Below, one piece after another: positions 18,268 to 28,140 of a DNA stretch of 64,000 nucleotides. The stretch is from NCBI GenBank assembly GCA_963817955.1, contig CAWFQK010000001.1, positions 320,001 through 384,000 on the forward strand, read 5' to 3'. Every line of letters starts with the position of its first letter. Position 1 is the first letter of the stretch. Origin of the DNA: an uncultured Gemmatimonadaceae bacterium. Lineage in GTDB: Bacteria; Gemmatimonadota; Gemmatimonadetes; Gemmatimonadales; Gemmatimonadaceae. Position numbers and translations under genes: made by a program. The notes beneath the pieces are model-generated. The model made no database searches and was not told the DNA's origin. It saw only the letters and a program-made list of their open reading frames with translations.

Positions 18268-20643
18268 TCACGGCCAACCAGCGGATGCGGCCACTGGAGC
18301 GCCGCGCATGACAGCAACGAGTGTCTCCTCGAGCTTCTCGAAGGCGAACGGCTTCATGATCACCGGCTGCCGATTGGCGGCGTTCCGTCCAATGGCAGTG
18401 ACGACGTCACCCGTAATGAACACTGTTCTCGCCGCCAGTCCAGGCCGCTCGCGGCGCAACCGTTCATGGAACGCTGGGCCATCCATTCCTGGCATGCGCA
18501 GATCACACACGATTGCGTCGACCGCCGCCGTGCGCACCATCTCCAGCCCTTCAATGCCGTCTCCGGCCGTGACCACGGTAAAACCGCGTATTTCACCGAA
18601 GGCGCGTACGCCGCTGCGTAACGCCGATTCGTCATCAATGAACAATAAACGGATGCCGGCCAGTGGCGAGCGGAGCACCAATCCACCGGACTCGCGCCTC
18701 GCATTGTCGTTCGCCTGTTCGTCAACCGCGGGGAGCGTGACGCGGAACGTCGAACCAGCATTCGACGTGTTGGCCACCTCAATCCTTCCGCCGTGGGCGG
18801 TGATGATCCCGTAACTCACGCTCAAACCCAGGCCGGTCCCTTCGCCCTCTCCCTTCGTGGTGAAGAAGGGCTCGAAGATATGAATTCGCGCCGCCTCGGG
18901 AATACCCGGCCCGGTATCGCGCATGTCGAGTACGACGTGCACTCCGTCGCGCCGCGTCGACACGAAGAGCGTGCCGCCGCCAAGCGTCGCCATCGCCTGG
19001 ATCGCGTTCGTCACGAGATTCAGACAGACCTGCTGCAACTGCCGTGCGTCGCCGACGACGGCGGGTAGCTCGGCAGCCAGATCGGTCTCGACGTTGACTT
19101 TGTTGGATGTGAGCTGATAACCGCGCAACCGGAGCGTTCGTGACAGCACGCTGTTCAAATCGAGCGGCTCGCGCTGGGGCTCGCTGCGCCGGGCGAACGC
19201 CAGCAGGTCCTTGACCACCTGGGCCGCGCGCAGCGTTTCAGACTTGATCACCTCGATCGAATCGCGCTGTGCCGCGGTGAGTCCGCCGTCGCGCAGGAGC
19301 AACTGAGCGAACGCGCTGATGCTGCTCAGCGGATTGTTCACTTCGTGCGCCACACCGGCCACCAGCTCGCCGACGGCGGCAAGGCGGTCGGACTCCATGA
19401 GCCGCGCACGCATGTCGCGCTCGCTCGTCATATCTCGGCCCACCAGCAGGACGGCCGGCGGATCAGCCTCCGGCAATCGGCTCATGGCGAGCGCCACGAC
19501 GCGACGGCTCGTCGCTCCGTGCGACTCGTGCTGGAACGATACTTCCACGCGCGCCGGCGATCCGGCGAACGTCGCCTCGAGCGAGCCGCACAGCTTTTCG
19601 CGGTCATCCTCGGACACGAGGTCCGTCACTCGCCGTCCGACAACCTGCAGCGGGTCGACGCCGGTGACGTCACGCACCGCATCGTTCGCCTCGCGAATGC
19701 GACCACTCTCGAGTACCGTGAACACCGCGTCCGGCGCGGCGCGGAAGAGTGTACGGAATCGCCATTCAGCCTGCCGGAGTGTCTCCACGAGCTCGGCGTT
19801 CTCCAGCGAGACGGACAGCAGGTCAGCCATCGCCTCGATGCGCTCGAGATCCGCGGTTGTGAATTTGCGAGCGTCCTTCGTGCCCAGAGTCACTGCACCG
19901 ATACGCTCGCCGCGCCGAGCGATCGGCACGATGGCGACCCCCTTGATGTGTTCCTTGACGCGTTCGTAGATCAGATCCGACACCTGGCCGGCCTGCGCCG
20001 GCAGGTCCGACGTCGTCCAGGCCGTTCCGGTACGAATCACACGACCCATGGCGGAGCCGGAGATCGGGATGGTCATCCCGGTCAAGTCCGCGCCGATCCC
20101 GGCGCCGACGACGACGCGAATCTTACCGTCGTCTCCAGTCAATCCGACGATTCCCCCCTCGGCTTGCGCAATGTCGACCACCGCCTCGAGGAAGCGTTCC
20201 AGCACGCGCTGCGGATTCAGCTCCAGCGCGATTTGCTGCCCAAGCCACCACATGCGCTGCAGCACGCGTTGCGCGTCGTCCAGCTCCGTCGTGCGGCTGA
20301 CCACCGCCCTCTCGAGCGTGGCGCTGATCTGTCGTTCTTCGGTGATGCGCCACGCGAGCTTCTCCACGGAGCGCCGTTCGTTCGTCGCATTGAGGAGCGC
20401 GAGCAAGCCGCTGCCCGCCGCACAGAGGAAGAGGCCGAGCAACATGACACTCGGCTGATCCCGCCAAAGCTGTATCAGGAGTATGGCGCCGATCCCGACG
20501 ATCGCGAGCTGCCCCAGGATGATGATCTTGGTGGCGCTGGTGATGTGGGAGAGCAACCGTCGCATGAGGCGAGTGGAAGGAGGGCGCGAATCGCCGTTGA
20601 CGTCAAGAATGCGTCGAGCAGCAAGGGAAATGGTACGCGCCAT
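18268..20643 (-). CDS. Hybrid sensor kinase TM-GAF-PAS-HisKA-HATPase-REC
   Basis: AHEVNNP H-box; NLVTNA, DTGPGI, FFTTK and GTGLGL boxes; DLRMPGMDG receiver; start may be about 20565. Confidence 0.93.
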   Translation of the reverse strand: MARTISLAARRILDVNGDSRPPSTRLMRRLLSHITSATKIIILGQLAIVGIGAILLIQLWRDQPSVMLLGLFLCAAGSGLLALLNATNERRSVEKLAWRITEERQISATLERAVVSRTTELDDAQRVLQRMWWLGQQIALELNPQRVLERFLEAVVDIAQAEGGIVGLTGDDGKIRVVVGAGIGADLTGMTIPISGSAMGRVIRTGTAWTTSDLPAQAGQVSDLIYERVKEHIKGVAIVPIARRGERIGAVTLGTKDARKFTTADLERIEAMADLLSVSLENAELVETLRQAEWRFRTLFRAAPDAVFTVLESGRIREANDAVRDVTGVDPLQVVGRRVTDLVSEDDREKLCGSLEATFAGSPARVEVSFQHESHGATSRRVVALAMSRLPEADPPAVLLVGRDMTSERDMRARLMESDRLAAVGELVAGVAHEVNNPLSSISAFAQLLLRDGGLTAAQRDSIEVIKSETLRAAQVVKDLLAFARRSEPQREPLDLNSVLSRTLRLRGYQLTSNKVNVETDLAAELPAVVGDARQLQQVCLNLVTNAIQAMATLGGGTLFVSTRRDGVHVVLDMRDTGPGIPEAARIHIFEPFFTTKGEGEGTGLGLSVSYGIITAHGGRIEVANTSNAGSTFRVTLPAVDEQANDNARRESGGLVLRSPLAGIRLLFIDDESALRSGVRAFGEIRGFTVVTAGDGIEGLEMVRTAAVDAIVCDLRMPGMDGPAFHERLRRERPGLAARTVFITGDVVTAIGRNAANRQPVIMKPFAFEKLEETLVAVMRGAPVAASAGWP

Positions 20644-20713
20644 TCTCCCGCAACGCCAAACAGCGCTCCCAATTACAGACGCGTGACCGGCGATTCCGTT
20701 GCACTCTCCAGCG

Positions 20714-21547
20714 TCACTTCACCCAGTGTCCGATTCGACCCCAGCGGATATCGGTGAGCGCCGGCATCGGCCGATCGCTCACGGTCCCACTGCACTCGCC
20801 GGAGTCGTCACCTGGACCTGGCACGTACGAGTAGTACACGAACAGCGGCCGGCCACGAAAGTTGGCCTTGGGTACGGTGCCCCAGTAGCGGCTGTCCTTG
20901 GAGCAGTATCGGTTGTCGCCCATCATGAAATAATGATCGGCTGGGATCACGAGCGGTCCCCAGTTGCCGAGCGTTGGCTGAGCGGGGGCCGGCCCGAAAC
21001 GCGAGCTCTTCAGCTCGATGTTGTGCTGCCAGTCGAAATTCGGCGCAACCGAATTGTCGTCACCTCTGGGGTTGCTCGCGGCGAATCCCTGGCGTTGCGG
21101 AATGCCATTGAGGTACAGCTGACCACCACGCATGTACAGCGTATCGCCCGGCATGCCGATCAATCGCTTCACGAGTGTCGGCGTGAAGTCCGGCGCATTG
21201 TCGGCTTGGTATGGGGACTCGAACACCACCACATCGCCGTGCTTCGGCGACGTGTAGCCCGGCAAATGCGAATTCGTGAACGGAATCGTCGGCCCGTACA
21301 CGAGCTTGTTCACGAAGAGCCAGTCGCCGACGAGCAGCGTCGGAATCATGCTGCCCGACGGGATGCGGAACGCCTCGACGAACAGCGTCTTCACGAACAG
21401 GTAGATGATGATCGCGCCGGCGAGCGACTTGAAGTTCTCCCACAGCCAGCGTCCCGCGGGCTGTGCCGACTTCTTCTTCGCCCCCGCGCCGCGCGCCTGC
21501 GCGACGACGTTGGTCGGTTTGGACGGCTTCTCTGTGCGTTTGGCCAT
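20714..21547 (-). CDS. lepB: Signal peptidase I
   Basis: SGSMIPTL, VKRLIGMPGD, GDNR..SKDSRYWG. Confidence 0.95.
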   Translation of the reverse strand: MAKRTEKPSKPTNVVAQARGAGAKKKSAQPAGRWLWENFKSLAGAIIIYLFVKTLFVEAFRIPSGSMIPTLLVGDWLFVNKLVYGPTIPFTNSHLPGYTSPKHGDVVVFESPYQADNAPDFTPTLVKRLIGMPGDTLYMRGGQLYLNGIPQRQGFAASNPRGDDNSVAPNFDWQHNIELKSSRFGPAPAQPTLGNWGPLVIPADHYFMMGDNRYCSKDSRYWGTVPKANFRGRPLFVYYSYVPGPGDDSGECSGTVSDRPMPALTDIRWGRIGHWVK

Positions 21548-21683
21548 GATGCGAATGAGCGGGGCACCGACAATCTAGCTGTCCTACGGCGGAAGCAGGC
21601 GAGGCGTTCCAACGGCAGCGGATGGATATGCAGCGGGGGGACGTGCATTGCGCACGCCCCCCCGAGTGCAGACCAGCGACCGA

Positions 21684-22085
21684 CTACTTGATGTGCTTGT
21701 TGACGAGCTTGGTCATCTCGAACATCGAGACTTTGCCCTTGCCGTTGAACACCAGCTTGAGCTTGTCGTCGGCGTTGATCATGCGACGCTCTTTCGCGTC
21801 TTGGAGATTGTTGCGCTTGATGTAGGCCCAGAGCTTTTTCGTGATCTCTGTGCGCGGAATGGGCGTGTTGCCGACGACCGCGGCGAGTGCCGGAGACGGC
21901 TGCATCGGCTTCATGAAGGCGGCGTTCGGGGTGCGCTTTGCACCCTTTTTCGCGACGCTCTTCTTCGCGACGCTCTTCTTCGCGACGCTCTTCTTCGCGA
22001 CAGTCTTGGCGGCCTTTTTCGCGCCGCCTTTCTTGGCGCCAGCCTTCTTGGCGGCGCTCTTCTTGGCACCCTTCTTTGCAGCCAT
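21684..22085 (-). CDS. SWIB/MDM2-domain protein with Lys/Ala-rich histone-H1-like N-terminus
   Basis: AAKK and KKSVA repeats; PRTEITKKLWAYIKRNNLQD; VSMFEMTK. Confidence 0.9.
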   Translation of the reverse strand: MAAKKGAKKSAAKKAGAKKGGAKKAAKTVAKKSVAKKSVAKKSVAKKGAKRTPNAAFMKPMQPSPALAAVVGNTPIPRTEITKKLWAYIKRNNLQDAKERRMINADDKLKLVFNGKGKVSMFEMTKLVNKHIK

Positions 22086-22126
22086 TCTCTCTCCCGGTAG
22101 ATGGAATGGTTGAGGATGAAAAACCA

Positions 22127-22320
22127 CGAAGACAATCGATTTCCCCTATGAAAAACGATCGTCTTCGAGGGCGAAAGGTATAATCATCGCCGTAGGACGC
22201 AATAGGGAAATTGCGTTTTCCCCCTATGAGAAGCGACGATTTTCCCTATGAAAACTGCCGACGATCTCTCGATCGCGATGCAATCTTCCCTCTGCGCAAC
22301 GACGATTTCTCCTCTGTGAT
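22127..22320. promoter_or_regulatory. Repeated TT(T/C)CCCTATGA motif region upstream of the SWIB gene
   Basis: Copies at about 22137, 22214 and 22237; inverted ATAGGGAAA at 22202; stem CGAAGACAATCG/CGATCGTCTTCG. Confidence 0.55.
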
Positions 22321-22403
22321 CACGCGCAGCGCCACGCTGAAGCGCTCCGCGCGCGCGGGCCTGATCGAGCTCGTGTCGATCGTGTGGGCGCCGACCCAGT
22401 GAG

Positions 22404-23111
22404 TCACGTCGGACGTTCCTTCCAGAGGTTGATCATTCGCGAACCGCCAACGTAGTCGACACTCTCCGGGTTCTTCAGTCGTCGCAAGCTGCGCACGACA
22501 TCGGCGATTCGCAGCGCTTGTTCGTGAATGACGTCGATCAGCTCATTCCGCTCGCCCCGTTCCTCGAGTTGCATGATCATCAGCTCGGCATTGCCGAGGA
22601 GCGCCGAAAGCGGGTTGTTGATCTCGTGTTGCAATGCGAGCATCGCTTCGCCGATGCCGGCAAGCCAACGCGCCTCCGACAACTCCGCTTCGGCGCGCCG
22701 CCGCGCGGCCTCCTGTGAAATACGCTTGCGCGCCACGATGAGTCGCGCGCGCAGATCCTCCGGTGTGGTCGGTTTGACGATGAACTCGTCGCCGCCCGCG
22801 TCGAGCACGCGCTCCAGGCTCTCCGGATGATCCCGTCCCGTGAGGAACAGCACGAACACCTCGGGTCTGTCATGGACCTCACGAATGCGCCGGCAGAGTT
22901 CAAGTCCGCTCACGTCGGGCATTTCAACATCCAGGATCACGAGGTCGGGATGCCACTCCTCGAACAGGTGCCACGCATCGGCGCCAGTCGAGGCAACCTC
23001 CATGTAGTGGCCGAGCTCGGCGAGCACCGCGACGACCAGCAGCCGCACGATCGGGTCGCCATCAGCCACCAACACTCGGAGCGGCATCGGCCGCGCGGTG
23101 GGATCGCTCAT
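22404..23111 (-). CDS. Receiver domain plus HisKA domain, no ATPase domain
   Basis: LVILDVEMP, FLTG, KP; QHEINNPL; protein ends about 60 aa later; start MSDPT. Confidence 0.85.
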   Translation of the reverse strand: MSDPTARPMPLRVLVADGDPIVRLLVVAVLAELGHYMEVASTGADAWHLFEEWHPDLVILDVEMPDVSGLELCRRIREVHDRPEVFVLFLTGRDHPESLERVLDAGGDEFIVKPTTPEDLRARLIVARKRISQEAARRRAEAELSEARWLAGIGEAMLALQHEINNPLSALLGNAELMIMQLEERGERNELIDVIHEQALRIADVVRSLRRLKNPESVDYVGGSRMINLWKERPT

Positions 23112-23893
23112 CGGATCCGGCCGATCCGCACGACGCGCGATACGATCGTGTCCGCGGCACCAATTGTCGTCCAAGACACGGCGAGCGTCGGCCCGCGCAA
23201 TGCGACCAGCGGCGACGAGGCGATGTCCACATCGCGCGACGCCGTCGCGTGCCACTCGAAGATATGCCCTTGCGTCATCGACAGCGCGACGTCCACCTGC
23301 CGGCGCGATCCGTTGGGTTCTTCGTACGCCACGGCGACGCGATCGCCCTCGGCCGCTATCGCGGTCGGAACGAGACGCTCGCCGTAGATCACAGGAACAG
23401 GAGAGTGGAGCATGGAGCCCATGAAGTGCGCGAAGAACACACCGGTGCCTTCGGAGGCCGTCATCGAATACGCGACGTGCACGTCGTCGCCCACCGTTGT
23501 CAGCGACGGTGGTGGCCGGTTACAGCCGCGGGAGCTGACGTCCGAAGTATCGACCGCCGCGGCCTTTCCCCAAGTCTTGCCAGTATCGGGCGACTCCGCC
23601 GCATACAGCACCGCGCTGCTGTCCGGTCGCACGCTCCACCACGCAGCGTGCAGATGCGACGTGCCGAGCGCCGTACGCAGCGACACGACGCAGAGCCCGA
23701 CCGCTGACGGCGACGCCACAACGCGAGCAGTATCGACGATGAGCCGCGGCTGACCCGCCGAGTCGATGACGAGCCGGTCGCCGCCGGCAGTGGCCGCGAT
23801 TTCGGAGGGATCGTTCCACTCGACGCGAGGTTTGTCGCAGGCGAGGAGCGCAAGGAGCGCAAGGACACACGAGGCAGGGCGCATGGCCCTCAT
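23108..23893 (-). CDS. Hypothetical lipoprotein with Asp-box/sialidase-like repeats
   Basis: LLAC lipobox; SPDTGKTW; start uncertain. Confidence 0.7.
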   Translation of the reverse strand: MRAMRPASCVLALLALLACDKPRVEWNDPSEIAATAGGDRLVIDSAGQPRLIVDTARVVASPSAVGLCVVSLRTALGTSHLHAAWWSVRPDSSAVLYAAESPDTGKTWGKAAAVDTSDVSSRGCNRPPPSLTTVGDDVHVAYSMTASEGTGVFFAHFMGSMLHSPVPVIYGERLVPTAIAAEGDRVAVAYEEPNGSRRQVDVALSMTQGHIFEWHATASRDVDIASSPLVALRGPTLAVSWTTIGAADTIVSRVVRIGRIR

Positions 23894-24011
23894 CTTAGTC
23901 GGTAAGATTATCTTCCGGCTATCGGCCATCGGCTGGTTATCCGCTCGAGACGGATGGCGCCACAGGCGATAGCCGGGATCCGATCCCCGTGCCCTAACGA
24001 CAAGGATTGAT

Positions 24012-25724
24012 ATGGCCGTCACTTCCGCCCCCTCTCGCTCTGCCGCCGAATCGGTTAAGGCGGAGCGCACCGTTTCGCCACGTTCCGCACCGCTGGCAGC
24101 CTTCAGTGGCACGCGCCGTGTTCCGCCGCCTACGAACGAGCCGATCAAGAACTACGCGCCGGGATCGCCTGAACGCGCTGGCCTCAAGGCGCGACTCAAG
24201 GAGATGTCCGCTGAGCGTGTGGACATTCCGATCATCATCGGCGGCAAAGACATCCGGACGGGCAAGACAAAGCAGACAGTGATGCCGCACAATCACAAAC
24301 ACGTGCTCGCCGACTGGCACAAGGCGTCGAACGAACACATCCACCAAGCAGTTGACGCTGCGCGAGAGGCGCGCGCCGAATGGGGCAATTGGGCATGGGA
24401 AGATCGTGCCGCCGTGTTCCTGAAGGCCGCTGAGCTGCTCGCCACATCCGGGCGCGCGACGCTGAACGCCGCCACCATGCTCGGGCAGTCGAAGACCGCC
24501 TTCCAGGCAGAGATCGACGCAGCGTGCGAGTTGATCGATTTCTGGCGCTTCAATCCAGCCTACGCGCAGGAACTGTACGACGAACAACCGTTGTCGAACA
24601 ACACGATGTGGAACCAGCTCGACTACCGCCCGCTCGAAGGGTTCGTGTATGCGGTGACGCCGTTCAACTTCACGTCGATCGCCGGCAATCTGCCGACCGC
24701 CCCGGCGTTGATGGGCAACTCCGTCATCTGGAAGCCGGCATCGTCGGCAATGCTGTCGGCCTACTACATCATGCGCCTGCTCGAGGAAGCGGGACTCCCG
24801 CCCGGCGTCATCAATCTGGTGGCGGGCGATTCGGCGGAGATCTCGAACACGCTCCTGTCCCATCGCGAACTGGCAGGCGTGCACTTCACTGGCAGCACTG
24901 CCGTGTTCAACAGCATGTGGAAGACGATCGGCGCGAACATGTCCCATTACGCCGCGTATCCGCGCATCGTCGGCGAAACGGGCGGCAAGGACTTCATCGT
25001 CGCGCATCAGTCGGCTGATCCGCAAGCGCTTGCCGTCGCGATCGTACGCGGCGCATTCGAGTACCAGGGCCAGAAGTGCTCGGCGGCGAGTCGCGTCTAC
25101 GTGCCGCGCTCGATCTGGCGGGACGTACGCGACCGCGCCGTTGCGATGATCGAAGACATCCGCATGGGCGACGTGATGGACTTCCGCAATTTCATGGGTG
25201 CGGTGATCGACGAGAAAGCGTTCCAGAAGATCAGCGGATATCTCGATGACGCGAAGCAGAACGCGACGATCGTGGCCGGTGGTACGGCACACGGCGACGA
25301 AGGCTACTTCGTCAAGCCCACGCTCATCGAAGCGAAAGAGCCTGGCTACCGTCTGCTCTGCGAGGAGATCTTCGGTCCCGTGGTGACGGCATACGTCTAC
25401 GACGACTCGAAGTGGGACGAGACACTCAAGATCGTCGACGCGACGTCCCCGTATGCACTCACCGGTGCCGTGTTCGCCAATGATCGTAGCGCCGTGCGAG
25501 AGGCCGCGATGGCGCTGCGCAACGCTGCCGGCAATTTCTACGTCAACGACAAGCCCACTGGGGCCGTCGTCGGCCAGCAGCCGTTCGGTGGCGCCCGCGG
25601 ATCGGGCACCAACGACAAGGCCGGTTCCAAGCTCAACCTCGTCCGGTGGATCAGCGCCCGTTCGGTCAAAGAGACCTTCTCACCGCCACACGACTACAAG
25701 TATCCGTTCATGGCGGAGGAATGA
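24012..25724 (+). CDS. pruA: L-glutamate gamma-semialdehyde (P5C) dehydrogenase
   Basis: NEPIKNYAPGS, EIDAACELIDFWRFN, GETGGKDF, EYQGQKCSA. Confidence 0.93.
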   Translation: MAVTSAPSRSAAESVKAERTVSPRSAPLAAFSGTRRVPPPTNEPIKNYAPGSPERAGLKARLKEMSAERVDIPIIIGGKDIRTGKTKQTVMPHNHKHVLADWHKASNEHIHQAVDAAREARAEWGNWAWEDRAAVFLKAAELLATSGRATLNAATMLGQSKTAFQAEIDAACELIDFWRFNPAYAQELYDEQPLSNNTMWNQLDYRPLEGFVYAVTPFNFTSIAGNLPTAPALMGNSVIWKPASSAMLSAYYIMRLLEEAGLPPGVINLVAGDSAEISNTLLSHRELAGVHFTGSTAVFNSMWKTIGANMSHYAAYPRIVGETGGKDFIVAHQSADPQALAVAIVRGAFEYQGQKCSAASRVYVPRSIWRDVRDRAVAMIEDIRMGDVMDFRNFMGAVIDEKAFQKISGYLDDAKQNATIVAGGTAHGDEGYFVKPTLIEAKEPGYRLLCEEIFGPVVTAYVYDDSKWDETLKIVDATSPYALTGAVFANDRSAVREAAMALRNAAGNFYVNDKPTGAVVGQQPFGGARGSGTNDKAGSKLNLVRWISARSVKETFSPPHDYKYPFMAEE

Positions 25725-25742
25725 GGTCCAGCGTTTAGGACC

Positions 25743-26744
25743 ATGTTGATCCTCTCCCAAGCTGACGTCGAATCGCTGCTGCCGTTGTCCGCATGCATCG
25801 ACGTGATGGCCTCGACGCTGGCCGCGCTGGCACGCGGCGAGGCCATCTTGCCGTTGCGAACGGTCATTCGCATTCCGCAATCGAGTGATGCGTTCGCGGT
25901 GATGCCGGCGTTCCTCGCCACGCCGAAGACCATCGGCGCCAAGATCATCACGGTATACCCAGGGAATCATGGCACGGCGTTCGATTCGCATCAGGGCGCC
26001 GTGCTGCTATTCGATCCGGAGAATGGATCGCTCGTTGGGTTGCTCGACGCTACAGCGATTACCACCGTGCGCACGGCGGCGGTATCGGCAGTCGCTACCC
26101 GCGCGTTGGCGCACGAGCATGCTTCCACGCTCGCCATCATCGGGGCCGGTGTGCAGGCCCATGCCCATCTCGAGGCGATGTGCGCGGTCCGGCCCATTAC
26201 GTCGCTACGCATCTGGAGCCGCAATGGCCTGCACGCACAGGCGCTCGCCACCGCGGCGCGGGACCGCTTCGACATTCGCGCCGACACATTCGACACAGGG
26301 GCTGGAGCGGTTGATGGTGCGGACATCATCTGCACCACCACGTCGTCTGTCGAGCCGGTCCTCTGCGGCGACTGGCTCACGCCGGGAACGCACATCAATG
26401 CCGTCGGCGCCTGTACGCCAAACGCCCGCGAGCTCGACACCAACGCGGTCGTGCGTTCGCGCCTGTACGTCGACCGGCGCGAATCGGCACTCAAGGAGCC
26501 AGGGGACATCGTTACACCGCTGCAGCACGGCGCCATCGGTCCGGAGCATATCGTTGGCGAACTGGGCGAGCTGTTGATTGGTCGCGCGCCGGGCCGGTGC
26601 GAGGCAGCCGAGGTGACACTGTTCAAGTCACTTGGCCTTGCCATTGAAGATCTGGCTGCTGCGTCGTACGTACAGGCAGAGGCCGAGCGGCTGGGTGTCG
26701 GCATACGAGTACACCTGGGAGGGGCAAGGCATGCGGCGCATTGA
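25743..26744 (+). CDS. Ornithine cyclodeaminase/mu-crystallin family protein
   Basis: RTAAVSAVAT, IIGAGVQA, GTHINAVG, FKSLGLAIEDL. Confidence 0.92.
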   Translation: MLILSQADVESLLPLSACIDVMASTLAALARGEAILPLRTVIRIPQSSDAFAVMPAFLATPKTIGAKIITVYPGNHGTAFDSHQGAVLLFDPENGSLVGLLDATAITTVRTAAVSAVATRALAHEHASTLAIIGAGVQAHAHLEAMCAVRPITSLRIWSRNGLHAQALATAARDRFDIRADTFDTGAGAVDGADIICTTTSSVEPVLCGDWLTPGTHINAVGACTPNARELDTNAVVRSRLYVDRRESALKEPGDIVTPLQHGAIGPEHIVGELGELLIGRAPGRCEAAEVTLFKSLGLAIEDLAAASYVQAEAERLGVGIRVHLGGARHAAH

Positions 26745-27678
26745 ACCATTGACGATCGATGATATATGTGCCGCGCGCGAGCGGATTTCGTCCTCCGTGC
26801 TGCGCACGCCACTCGTGCGGCTCGAGGTAGACGCACCGGCGGAGATATACCTCAAACTCGAAACCTTACAGCCAATCGGGTCGTTCAAGCTGCGCGGCGC
26901 GATGAACGCCATTCGTCAGCTATCACCAGAGGCACTGCGGCGGGGCGTCTACACGGCAAGCGCCGGCAATATGGCGCAGGGGGTAGCGTGGGGAGCACGC
27001 ACGCTCGGCATCGCCTGCGCCGTCGTCATGCCGGATAGTGCGCCGCGCACCAAGCTCGACGCCGTAAAGCGGCTCGGTGCAGAGATCGTGCAATTGCCAT
27101 ACGACGAGTGGTGGCAGACTCTATCCGATCACGGTCGAGCCGGGATGCCAGGCACGTTCATCCATCCGGTCGCGGACCGCGCGGTGATGGCGGGGAATGG
27201 CACGATCGGGCTGGAGATCATGGAGGATCTTCCCGACGTGGATGCTGTTCTCGTTCCGTTCGGCGGCGGCGGACTGGCGACAGGCATTGCCGCCGCGGTG
27301 CACGCACGCTCGCCGCGGGCGAAGGTCTATGGCTGCGAGGTGGCGACGGCGGCCCCGCTCACCGCCGCGCTCGCCGCGGGGCGGCCGGTTCAGATAGACC
27401 GGGAGCCCAGCTTCGTGGATGGGATTGGCGGTCGTGGCGTGCTCGCTGAAATGTGGCCGTTGGTCGAATTGCTCGACGGAGCATTGGTGGCGTCGCTCGA
27501 CGAGGTCGCCGACGCGGTGCGGCTGCTCGTGCAGCGCGCGCGTGTCGTTGCCGAAGGGGCAGGTGCAACGCCGGTGGCCTCGGCGCTCGCAGGCCGCGCT
27601 GGCAGCGGGCGAATCGCGTGTGTCGTCTCCGGCGGGAACATCGACATCACGACCCTCGTCACGTTGCTCCAGCATTGA
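26731..27678 (+). CDS. PLP-dependent threonine/serine dehydratase family protein
   Basis: GSFKLRGA, SAGNMAQG, PFGGGGL, SGGN; ATG at 26731. Confidence 0.9.
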   Translation: MRRIEPLTIDDICAARERISSSVLRTPLVRLEVDAPAEIYLKLETLQPIGSFKLRGAMNAIRQLSPEALRRGVYTASAGNMAQGVAWGARTLGIACAVVMPDSAPRTKLDAVKRLGAEIVQLPYDEWWQTLSDHGRAGMPGTFIHPVADRAVMAGNGTIGLEIMEDLPDVDAVLVPFGGGGLATGIAAAVHARSPRAKVYGCEVATAAPLTAALAAGRPVQIDREPSFVDGIGGRGVLAEMWPLVELLDGALVASLDEVADAVRLLVQRARVVAEGAGATPVASALAGRAGSGRIACVVSGGNIDITTLVTLLQH

Positions 27679-27733
27679 GGCAACGACCTCCTCGCACCGC
27701 GCGATCCTGCAGCGTGTCCGTTCCGAACGATGC

Positions 27734-27748
27734 TGGCACCCAAAGTGC
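27734..27748 (+). promoter_or_regulatory. sigma54-like promoter
   Basis: TGGCACCCAAAGTGC (GG-N10-GC). Confidence 0.45.
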
Positions 27749-27801
27749 CTTTGGTGATTGCGCGATGGCGGGGCGTAGGCGACTGGAGGCGGGCAAAATC
27801 A

Positions 27802-28068
27802 ATGCGGACACTCACTGATTCCACGGGCGTCACCTGGACAGTTTTCGAAGTAAAACGACAGGGAACTGAGGTCCAGTGGTCGTATCTCCCGGAGGAGTTC
27901 GGCGAGGGATGGCTGTGCTTCGAGTCCGCTGTGACCAAGCGACGGCTCACGCCAATTCCAATTCGGTGGCGCGAGCTCAGCGACGAGGAACTCGAGCGTA
28001 TGCTGCAGCGGGCGCAGATAGCAAACCGTCCCAATCGCGATAGCGCGGATCGACCGACAGCGGGCTAG
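27802..28068 (+). CDS. Small hypothetical protein with WLCFES..KRRL motif
   Basis: GGAGG RBS; 88 aa starting MRTLTDSTGVTWTVFEV. Confidence 0.75.
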   Translation: MRTLTDSTGVTWTVFEVKRQGTEVQWSYLPEEFGEGWLCFESAVTKRRLTPIPIRWRELSDEELERMLQRAQIANRPNRDSADRPTAG

Positions 28069-28140
28069 GCGCCGTGGGGCGTGGCTTGACCTGAAATCGT
28101 TACCAGTCGATCAGGATCAGCATCGCTACATTCTTCTCCC

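Noticed and set aside
21946..22000. 15-bp tandem repeat
   Set aside because: Simply encodes the KKSVA repeats of the SWIB protein tail
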